From positions 1-42,526 of the IMG/VR virus record IMGVR_UViG_3300028145_000001: a DNA stretch of 42,526 nucleotides; one strand, given 5' to 3'. Positions within the stretch are counted from its first letter, which is position 1. Every line of letters starts with the position of its first letter. Positions 8,607-16,038 of the stretch are shown piece after piece. The stretch is from a virus. Lineage: Duplodnaviria > Caudoviricetes. The notes beneath the pieces are model-generated. The model was given only the letters and a program-made list of their open reading frames with translations. It had not been told where the DNA came from and did no database searches. Both the position numbers and the translations under genes were made by a program.

Positions 8607-10201
8607 TAGGCCCCAATCTCCGCATAACCGGCTATGATTCTCCAGGGAACAGGATCAGTCATGGCAATCTGATACACACGATCCCTAGAACGCCCAAGCC
8701 TGCGCTTCATCACACGAGCTTTGAATTCCCCGGCCTTCCCGCAATCTAGAATGTACTCATTGCTCCAGGTGTGGGAATCATCGCTCCAGCTAATTGAAAT
8801 CTGCGGAGCACGTTCGACGGTTCCATTTGGACTTGTAATGGCTATCCCTGTGAAATTGACGTAGAAAACGAATCGCCCTGTACCATTCTGGCTGACCATC
8901 GGTAATACGGTCGGATAGTTGGCGTTGTACGGAACCGAAGTCAGCGTAATAGCGCCAATCAGATTTACGCCAAGGCGCCACGAAGTAGTGTTGGTGTCGG
9001 CATCATTGAAAAACAAAGTCTGCGGTGTTCCCGTTGCCCCGCCAGTCGTTGTCAAGATGCCGATATTGTTGATGCCCATAGACCACAGGGCATTACTAGA
9101 ATCAATCAGAATGATGCTGGTAGGTAGGTCACTACCGGGTAAGGCAGGAATAGGCCCCAGGCCAGTTTCTAAGAATATTTGCACTTGATGGTGTGCTACA
9201 AAGTGCTGATCATCCGAAACGTGCGCTGCGCGTCTTACCCGGCGAATCAAAGCGCCATCATCGGTTGCAAAATCCCAGGTTGAGCCATTCCACTTTGGGA
9301 TTTCCATGTCATAAATCTTATTGCTTTCGCGGCCTCCAACCAGATGCTTTCCGAAATTGAAAGTATGAAACTGGCTCAAATGTCCGCGGAAGAAACCGAA
9401 GTTTACGTCCCAAAAACCGACTTCATGCCACATATTCGTGGCCGTATCGTAGCGCCAGGTCTTTCCTGCCGAGGGAAAATCCAACTGATAGAAGTAGTGC
9501 CCTTCCATCTGAAAACTGTAGCCAATCGCATCATCGACTCTGCTGTACCCTTGCATGGCGAATTCGATGGCATGGTTGGAGACTCGTGCAGGTGTATAGC
9601 CTTGCGCTCGCCAGACTACCGCAGCACCGCGATCATCGGAACCGAGCCAGAAAACCGTATTATCGAGCTTCACAGGAGAGAACTTCGCCGCACATCCCTG
9701 TTCGATGTACCCGCCCGGCACAACGTCAAACGGGAATATGTTCCCTGAGTCGTAGTACACCACGCACTTTGTTGCGCTCCACAACCAGATTTCACGATGA
9801 TCCACGAGCATGGAGACAAGATTGTCGGGGAACACGGAGACGAGCGCAGCGCCATTTGTTGTCCAATCTGTAGCATCAAGAGGCCCTGATACATAGAAGC
9901 GATTTGAATCGGCAATCAGCGCGATAAAGAAACTATCCGAGTAACCGACTAATGAGACTGGCCCTGTGAAGTTCGCGGCGGGGATAGTGCTTAGAGCGTT
10001 GGTTGCCAGATTGAATAGATATAAAGCTCCGCCACTGGCGATGATTAACTGTTGGGCGCTCGCTGCCATTGAAACCGGCAAGCTGTCATTTGCGATCAAT
10101 CCTTCGCTTGCGGCGGTGGAATTCACGAATATCTCAAACAGAGTATTGTCCGCCGCTCCAAATGTTCGGCCATTGATTGTGAATAGTCCTCGGATGCTCA
10201 T
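8606..10201 (-). CDS. Tail hub / packaged DNA stabilization protein gp10-like, main (C-terminal) part
   Basis: Contains IRGL..., GYIEQGCAAKFS, RVSNHAIE, TWRYD...WHE and WSDD.HTWSNE...GKAGEFKARV..RRLGRSRDRV....TDPV. Confidence 0.85.
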   Translation of the reverse strand: MSIRGLFTINGRTFGAADNTLFEIFVNSTAASEGLIANDSLPVSMAASAQQLIIASGGALYLFNLATNALSTIPAANFTGPVSLVGYSDSFFIALIADSNRFYVSGPLDATDWTTNGAALVSVFPDNLVSMLVDHREIWLWSATKCVVYYDSGNIFPFDVVPGGYIEQGCAAKFSPVKLDNTVFWLGSDDRGAAVVWRAQGYTPARVSNHAIEFAMQGYSRVDDAIGYSFQMEGHYFYQLDFPSAGKTWRYDTATNMWHEVGFWDVNFGFFRGHLSQFHTFNFGKHLVGGRESNKIYDMEIPKWNGSTWDFATDDGALIRRVRRAAHVSDDQHFVAHHQVQIFLETGLGPIPALPGSDLPTSIILIDSSNALWSMGINNIGILTTTGGATGTPQTLFFNDADTNTTSWRLGVNLIGAITLTSVPYNANYPTVLPMVSQNGTGRFVFYVNFTGIAITSPNGTVERAPQISISWSDDSHTWSNEYILDCGKAGEFKARVMKRRLGRSRDRVYQIAMTDPVPWRIIAGYAEIGA

Positions 10202-11097
10202 GGAGCATTCACGAAAGCAGCGGTGAGCATTCTTGCCTCATTGACAGGCCCGCCAGGAAAATTATTCCATGAAGGGGTATAGAGTGCCGGAGGAGCCTGG
10301 GTACTACCAGCAAGCGAATAAACCCCAACCGATCCACGGTCGCCAATGCCAGTCGCTTTTCGCAACAGTGGGCTATTTGCTGTCGTGGTCCCAGCACCTT
10401 GAACTAGGCTTATCAACCCCGTATAAACCGAAGGAGTAACAGGAGACCCGCTGTACGATGTATCTGGAGTATTGACAGTCTGCGTGCTTGCTGCCGAAAC
10501 GTGCAAAGTGGTCAAGAATCTAACAGGGAAAAACCACCCGTTCGCGTCACCGTTCGTGTTGCTTCCTCCCCAGGTGATCGTCATCACATAATTTCCAACG
10601 GGAACGTGATTTGTCGCCGTCCCGTAGAACAAATAGAGCTGCTTGCCTAGGGCCGGGAATATGTCATACGCGGCGTTATAAGTGACACCAGAGCCCGGAA
10701 GCGCTGAGTAAGTAGCTCCGGTAACCGATTCACTGACTCCGACGATTGGAAATGTGTTGCCAGTGGATAATTGACTGGTTACAGTGAAAATTACCAAGTC
10801 CCCAGGAAATATTTCCCCTGTGGACCACGGTACATTCGTCCTGCTGTTGCCGCTCGAAGTGCCCACATAAACCATCTGAAAGAAGCTACCGAATACCGGA
10901 ATGTCTGCAGGTGGAATTGGTGGTCCTACCGGGGAGAGAATCACAAATGACTTCAGACCGGGTGCAGGGTAGAGAACAATTTCATTGTTGCCCATGCCTA
11001 ATTCGATGCGTTCCGGGTAAAGATTTATCGTGCTTTGGGCATCGGCATTGCTCGACTGGCTTGTATAACTAGGGCCGATCAAGGGGAATTTTGGCAT
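10198..11097 (-). CDS. gp10-like N-terminal segment fused to a beta-sandwich domain
   Basis: The first ~55 aa (FPLIGPSYTSQS.NADAQSTINLYPE...LYPAPGLKSF) match the usual gp10 N-terminus. The remaining ~240 aa are unrelated beta-rich sequence. Confidence 0.75.
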   Translation of the reverse strand: MPKFPLIGPSYTSQSSNADAQSTINLYPERIELGMGNNEIVLYPAPGLKSFVILSPVGPPIPPADIPVFGSFFQMVYVGTSSGNSRTNVPWSTGEIFPGDLVIFTVTSQLSTGNTFPIVGVSESVTGATYSALPGSGVTYNAAYDIFPALGKQLYLFYGTATNHVPVGNYVMTITWGGSNTNGDANGWFFPVRFLTTLHVSAASTQTVNTPDTSYSGSPVTPSVYTGLISLVQGAGTTTANSPLLRKATGIGDRGSVGVYSLAGSTQAPPALYTPSWNNFPGGPVNEARMLTAAFVNAP

Positions 11098-11840
11098 CAG
11101 TGACGGCCGCCAACAATGGAATCAGAACGGTAATCGTAATGTCCGCCCTCTGAAGATAGTGCTGGGTCACAGAATGACTGAATCAGCGGCAGATTCATGC
11201 TTCTGACGCGAGCCAGAGATTCCGTTGCCAGTGTTTGCGAAACTCCCACTGTTACTTGACTGTATTCGCCCGGCATTTCCGCAATGAGTCTAATGGCCAA
11301 GTTGTACCGCAGCGCTTCTAAGTAGCCAGGCGGGAAAGTCAGATCGGTAACAAGGTCAGGAAATTGATTAAGTGCTTGCCAACTGTAAATCCGCGTATTG
11401 ACCGGAATCGTCGGGATGGTCCAGTAGTTCAGATTCCGCAACGGAAACGCGCCGTCGTCATAGACTTGCAGCGGAAGGCTGCCCGGTACCAACTTGACTG
11501 GAATCTCATCCTGCCAATCAGCATCGGTCAGCATCTCCATTGGCAGCTCGAGCGGCTGTGCCGGATTGTTCAGCGAAACGATACTGATTCGCTCAATTTT
11601 GGCTGGCCGCGCAACATTGAAATTCCCGCCAGGCCCCATTGTGTAGGTTTGCTGCCCTGGAACTAGCGGGAATTCCTGAATGTTGATTGTGAACGCCATC
11701 AAACGCTCAGCCTGCCAACTGTCCAGCATCTGATTGAGCACCATCAGACCATCCGCCGCTTCATCAGCAGGCATGGTTTCGCCGGATGCCAGAGCGCCGA
11801 TTAGGCGCATCGAGCTTGAAATCAGGTCTTGGGCGTTGAT
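11097..11840 (-). CDS. Head-tail adaptor (P22 gp4-like)
   Basis: A..DGL.VLNQMLDSW and PPGYLEALRYNLAIRL motifs plus synteny. Start probably at ATC 11840; the first ATG is at 11810. Confidence 0.8.
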   Translation of the reverse strand: MNAQDLISSSMRLIGALASGETMPADEAADGLMVLNQMLDSWQAERLMAFTINIQEFPLVPGQQTYTMGPGGNFNVARPAKIERISIVSLNNPAQPLELPMEMLTDADWQDEIPVKLVPGSLPLQVYDDGAFPLRNLNYWTIPTIPVNTRIYSWQALNQFPDLVTDLTFPPGYLEALRYNLAIRLIAEMPGEYSQVTVGVSQTLATESLARVRSMNLPLIQSFCDPALSSEGGHYDYRSDSIVGGRH

Positions 11841-11849
11841 GGGATTGCC

Positions 11850-12044
11850 TTACTTGCCGATCTTGATGGGTTTCTTGCTGCCGAACGTCGGCGCCGAGGC
11901 TGTCGCGGCCGCTTTTGCGACTGGTGCATCTGCCTTGCCGCCCGGCTTCGTGGTATAGCCAGCGCCTAGAGCCTTTTCTTCCTCTTTGCTGTGTACGAGC
12001 GCCTCACCCTTCGAAGGATGGTACAAATATTTGGGATATTCCAT
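11850..12044 (-). CDS. Small virion-region protein (paralog B)
   Basis: AAGGAG RBS, then MEYPKYLYHPSKGEALVHSKEEEKALG. Confidence 0.75.
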   Translation of the reverse strand: MEYPKYLYHPSKGEALVHSKEEEKALGAGYTTKPGGKADAPVAKAAATASAPTFGSKKPIKIGK

Positions 12045-12057
12045 TGATTTCTCCTTT

Positions 12058-12222
12058 TTAGTGCGCCGACCTTGCTTTTTCTTTTTCCGGATGCTTGAAC
12101 GGGACATTTGACCAGTCCTTGCCGAGTGCGATGTCCTCTTCCTCGCTATTCACGACTCTGGGCTCTTTTGTCGCATGATACTTCCATGCCGGGTAGCGAG
12201 TGTCTTTCACTTCTTCAGCCAT
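12058..12222 (-). CDS. Small virion-region protein (paralog A)
   Basis: AAGGAG RBS, then MAEEVKDTRYPAWKYHATKEPRVVNSEEEDIALG. Confidence 0.75.
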   Translation of the reverse strand: MAEEVKDTRYPAWKYHATKEPRVVNSEEEDIALGKDWSNVPFKHPEKEKARSAH

Positions 12223-12232
12223 AATTCTCCTT

Positions 12233-12490
12233 TTACGATAGCCGCATGATGAACAAATCGAGCGGATCTTCATTCGCCAAATCCACCGTAGCAACTTGCT
12301 GTATCTGGTCGGGTACGGTGATGACGTTCTCGAACAATGCTCTAAGTGAGTTGGTGAAAGCGCTGGCATTAGCCCGGCTGTGGACGTTCAATACCAAATC
12401 TCCCACTAAAACACCCGGAGCGGATTTGGCCCCTGCGCCGCCCGCACCAGTCAGCGACGTATAAAACACAGTCACATTGTTGAGAGCCAT
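12233..12490 (-). CDS. Small beta-rich virion protein (capsid decoration candidate)
   Basis: Start MALNNVTVF, in the post-coat cluster. Confidence 0.65.
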   Translation of the reverse strand: MALNNVTVFYTSLTGAGGAGAKSAPGVLVGDLVLNVHSRANASAFTNSLRALFENVITVPDQIQQVATVDLANEDPLDLFIMRLS

Positions 12491-12498
12491 TTCTGTTC

Positions 12499-12891
12499 CT
12501 AGGTAATGCTGGTGACGTTCGAGGCGACGACTTGCCACACGCCATTGAACGCTCGCAAGATCACACCACTGCCTTTGAATGCTTTGAACGTCGCCACGTT
12601 GGCGAGAGCTGCCCCGTTTGCGAACAGAGCTACTGTGGTGATGGTATGCGCGAAAAGGGTGTCGGAATAGACAGCGATGCTCAGATTATCGTCCAGGCCA
12701 ACCGTTGGAGCGCCGAGCGTCATGGCGTCCGCAGAACCAGTCTTGACGATGTAATTCCCCGAAACGTGCGGATTGATCACATCGGCGGTCCCGGTCAAAA
12801 GAATGGGCGGCATCTGCATGGCATCGCCATCGTAGATTTGCAAAACGGTGTCACCAAAAATTGCACCTTGATTCGTTAATCCTCTTGCCAT
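12499..12891 (-). CDS. Capsid decoration/fibre protein (paralog of the C-terminal domain of 12947..13612)
   Basis: AAGGAG RBS and MARGLTNQ start. Aligns by eye with the upstream gene. Confidence 0.7.
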   Translation of the reverse strand: MARGLTNQGAIFGDTVLQIYDGDAMQMPPILLTGTADVINPHVSGNYIVKTGSADAMTLGAPTVGLDDNLSIAVYSDTLFAHTITTVALFANGAALANVATFKAFKGSGVILRAFNGVWQVVASNVTSIT

Positions 12892-12912
12892 TGTGAATCT
12901 TCTCCTTAGGAA

Positions 12913-12940
12913 ATTGTGGGGCGGTGCCGCCGCCCCTCGG
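12913..12940 (-). repeat. GC-rich hairpin repeat, copy 2
   Basis: Minus strand reads CCGAGGGGCGGCGGCACCGCCCCACAAT. Confidence 0.7.
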
Positions 12941-12946
12941 AAAAGA

Positions 12947-13612
12947 TTAGGACAGGACGACGAAAGAGGAAGTGTTGGGATTCCCGCAGGAAATGACATG
13001 GTAAACCAGGTTGCAAACCCTGAGAGTCATGCCGGCGCCACGGAATGCGGGAAATGTGGCGGTAGTCTTGAGTGCCGTGCCGCCTGCGAACAGCGACGTG
13101 GCAGTGATCGTGTGGGCAAATGCGACATCGGACCAGATGTCAATGATGTTGCCTTCCTGGGCCGCCGTGGGAGCCGCCAATGTCATCAAATCAGCCGCGG
13201 CAGACTTGATAACGTAGAAGGCCTGCACACCCGCAGGAATCACGTCCGCCAAACCAGTCAGGAACGTGGTTGCCGGCCGGTTGAAGGTTGCAACCGTTGC
13301 ACTGGAGGCCACGAGCGGATTTCCAGTGAACATTTCTTGGTTCGTCGGGAAATCGGCCAATCCGCCGACTTGCACCTGAGCGCCAGAAGAGTGCGCCTGC
13401 GCCGAAGAGCCCCAATAGCCACGAATGCAGAAATTGAGCGATGTCCCGATGGGCGCCGCAGTGACCAGAATATATTCTTGGTCAATCAGCAGTACTGTGA
13501 CTCCTGCTCCGGTCTGGTTATTCGGAGCGGTGATACCTGTTGCGCTTGCCACGCCAAAGCTGGTCTGCGTGGAAGTAATTGCACCTGAAAGCGTTGTTGC
13601 GGTGATAGCCAT
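12947..13612 (-). CDS. Capsid decoration/fibre protein
   Basis: Follows the coat gene. N-domain TTLSGAIT...IDQEYILV...RGYWGSSAQAHSSGA plus a C-terminal fibre domain. Confidence 0.7.
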   Translation of the reverse strand: MAITATTLSGAITSTQTSFGVASATGITAPNNQTGAGVTVLLIDQEYILVTAAPIGTSLNFCIRGYWGSSAQAHSSGAQVQVGGLADFPTNQEMFTGNPLVASSATVATFNRPATTFLTGLADVIPAGVQAFYVIKSAAADLMTLAAPTAAQEGNIIDIWSDVAFAHTITATSLFAGGTALKTTATFPAFRGAGMTLRVCNLVYHVISCGNPNTSSFVVLS

Positions 13613-13650
13613 AAATCTCCTTTTGAGTTCCGAGCGGTACGGTCGTTGGG

Positions 13651-13682
13651 ATTTGGGGCGGTTTATGCCGCCGCCCCCTCGG
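13651..13682 (-). repeat. GC-rich hairpin repeat, copy 1 (after the coat gene)
   Basis: Minus strand reads CCGAGGGGGCGGCGGCATAAACCGCCCCAAAT. Confidence 0.7.
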
Positions 13683-13705
13683 GCTAAGGTTTAACTGCTA
13701 AAAAA

Positions 13706-14917
13706 TCATCCGGGGATGCGAACAGCCAATTCGGGATAGAACACCTGCCAGCCGCCAAGGAAATCCAAGCGCAGCGGGAAGCGGTCAGTGTTGATGTCAT
13801 AGGCGCGGACTGCGCGAATGCTGATTTTCAACTGGTCGTCCATGACGCGATCGGCCATGTCAACGCCCTTCGGCAAATCGAGGTCGGCCGACGCGAAAAT
13901 GAAAGCGTCGGGATGGCAAGCCAAACCGCGAGGCGAGGCGTTGTTGGCCGCACCGTTCACGGTGATAACAGCGTTGGCTGCCGGGGCGTTGGTAACGGTC
14001 TGGAAAGCGCCGGAAATGATGATGGAAGGCGAAATGTTAATAGTGCCGTTGCCAGAACCGTCAGAGCTGAAGTCTGCAGTGACAACGAAATCCTGCAAAC
14101 GACCAGTGGAGCGGCGATTCTGTGGATTGACTGCAAACACGCCGGCGATCTGGAACACGTCTCCCTTGCTCAACCGCTTGGCAGCAGCTGCCGTCCAGCC
14201 AGTCGTTACGATTGAGGCGCCAGTCTGACCAGCAGTGGCGTTGACCGTGGGCGAACCGCCGAGAGGCCCGACCGTCTGAGTGCCAACGTTCTGGTCAAGG
14301 AACCAGTCAAATCCCAGAGCGCCGCGGCCCATCAAGCCACTGACATACTGAGTGCTCACTTTGGCTTGCGGATTGAACAGGCCAGCCAATGAGCCCACGA
14401 TATTGCGGTTCATCTTGGGCGACATGATCACATTGCGGTCATCGCGTGGGCAGGCAGCGTTGTCCAGAATTTCGGCAACCTGCAAATAGGCATCAGTGGT
14501 GTTGGGAACTGTGCCGGGAACGCCAATTTCCCAATAGACGTTCTGGAACTGCGCCAGACCGTCATCGTCAACTTGGTTGGCCATCGACACCACGTGCTTA
14601 TCCAAGAAACGAGTCTTGAAATCGTCGATATTCAGGGCAAGTTCTTGGGAAGTGACTGCAAAGGAACGCTGATACTGCGTGGTAAGCGTCACGGGGACGC
14701 TGGTTTCGGTGAGGTCCTGAAGGATCAGCCCTTGACCGGATGCGTAGACGCTGCGGACGGGCTTGCGGATGTTGCAAACGCTGCCAATTTTCGCGCCTTT
14801 GCGCTCGAACTGGTCATCGTAGTCACGATTGACATGGCCAGTGAACGTCAGGGTGTTTTTGAGGACGCGAGAAGTTTCTCGCGTAATCATTCCGATTGTA
14901 AGTTCGGTGTTTGCCAT
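13706..14917 (-). CDS. Major capsid protein (P22 coat gp5 family)
   Basis: MANT...ITRE...VNRDYDDQF...GAKIG...RKP, and C-terminal RAYDINTDRFPLRLDFLGGW....PELAVRI. Confidence 0.93.
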   Translation of the reverse strand: MANTELTIGMITRETSRVLKNTLTFTGHVNRDYDDQFERKGAKIGSVCNIRKPVRSVYASGQGLILQDLTETSVPVTLTTQYQRSFAVTSQELALNIDDFKTRFLDKHVVSMANQVDDDGLAQFQNVYWEIGVPGTVPNTTDAYLQVAEILDNAACPRDDRNVIMSPKMNRNIVGSLAGLFNPQAKVSTQYVSGLMGRGALGFDWFLDQNVGTQTVGPLGGSPTVNATAGQTGASIVTTGWTAAAAKRLSKGDVFQIAGVFAVNPQNRRSTGRLQDFVVTADFSSDGSGNGTINISPSIIISGAFQTVTNAPAANAVITVNGAANNASPRGLACHPDAFIFASADLDLPKGVDMADRVMDDQLKISIRAVRAYDINTDRFPLRLDFLGGWQVFYPELAVRIPG

Positions 14918-15093
14918 AACTCTCCTTTTGAATTTGTGGGAAACGCATATTGCTTTTCTGCCGTTTCCGATTCAGCAGGGAGTTTCTGGCCAACCCTTTC
15001 GGGCGACCCCGGCTACATATTTTTTACCGTTCCGAGTCGGTAAAGAGGTTCTGAAAAGACAAGCTCTTCGCGGGTATTAAAAGCTAAATTTGT
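14918..15093 (-). ncRNA. Candidate structured cis-regulatory leader of the coat gene
   Basis: Four hairpins, one with a GAAA tetraloop and two with near-identical TCGGAA loops. Confidence 0.5.
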
Positions 15094-16038
15094 TTATCTG
15101 ACTCGGCCAGCGTCGCGGGCCTTCTCGTAATCCCGAGGCGACATTTTGTCGAGTGGGACTGTCGATTTCGTGCTGCCCGTATTGATTGGCCGAATCGGTG
15201 GAGCAGACTTGCTCACAATTTTTGCTGGCTTTTCCTCGACTTCAATCTCTTCCTCGGTTTCTTCCTCGTCTTCGTCTTCTTTCTTTTCAGGAACGACGAT
15301 TTTGTCGCTTACCCGCGCAATTGCTTTAACCACACCAGCAGGTGTCAACTCGCCAAGCGCCATCAACTCTTCGGGATGGCTCGCATAGTAATAGAGAATT
15401 TCTCCGCTGTTTTCGTCCTCGTAAACTGCTGTTCTGAAGGCATCAGCGGCCGCCACTTCCATCTTGGTGAGATTCCGTTCGGTCCAAGGAGTTTTGGCGT
15501 TGTCCACAACGTCGTCATAATCCTCATGATTCGCCCGGGCTGCATTGACCCGCTCTTTATAGCTCTCTACGATCTGCTCTACGGTTTCTTTCTCGGCTTC
15601 GGCTTCAGCTTGTTCTGCTTGCGCTCGTAATTTCTGGTCTACCTTCCAATCCGTAAGAGCCTCGAAATACTCTTCTAGAGTCTTGAAATCGTCCTGATTT
15701 GGCTTTGCATTTACGGGAGCAACTTTCTCCGGTTCCGGCTTCGCGGCCTTGCCTTCCAACTCCTTTGCGCGGGCTTCGGCTCGTTCTGCCCTTTCACGCG
15801 CCTCCGCATTCTCACGAATCAGCCGATCAATCTTTTTCTGCGCGCCATTCCACCCTTTTTGTTTGGGCTTTTCCTCTTTTACCTCGGCACCTTCTGCGGT
15901 TTCCTGCTTCTCCGTTTCTTTCTCCGCAGGTTTTTCAACTGGCATTTCGACAACAGTTTTGCCTGCATCCCGAGCCTTGTTGTACTCAGTGGGCGATAGA
16001 GTTTCGATTCCAACTTCTTTTACTTCTGCTTCCGGCAT
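15094..16038 (-). CDS. Capsid scaffolding protein
   Basis: Acidic coiled-coil between portal and coat; KP..DDFKTLEEYFEALTDWK and EILYYYASHPEE motifs. Confidence 0.85.
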   Translation of the reverse strand: MPEAEVKEVGIETLSPTEYNKARDAGKTVVEMPVEKPAEKETEKQETAEGAEVKEEKPKQKGWNGAQKKIDRLIRENAEARERAERAEARAKELEGKAAKPEPEKVAPVNAKPNQDDFKTLEEYFEALTDWKVDQKLRAQAEQAEAEAEKETVEQIVESYKERVNAARANHEDYDDVVDNAKTPWTERNLTKMEVAAADAFRTAVYEDENSGEILYYYASHPEELMALGELTPAGVVKAIARVSDKIVVPEKKEDEDEEETEEEIEVEEKPAKIVSKSAPPIRPINTGSTKSTVPLDKMSPRDYEKARDAGRVR

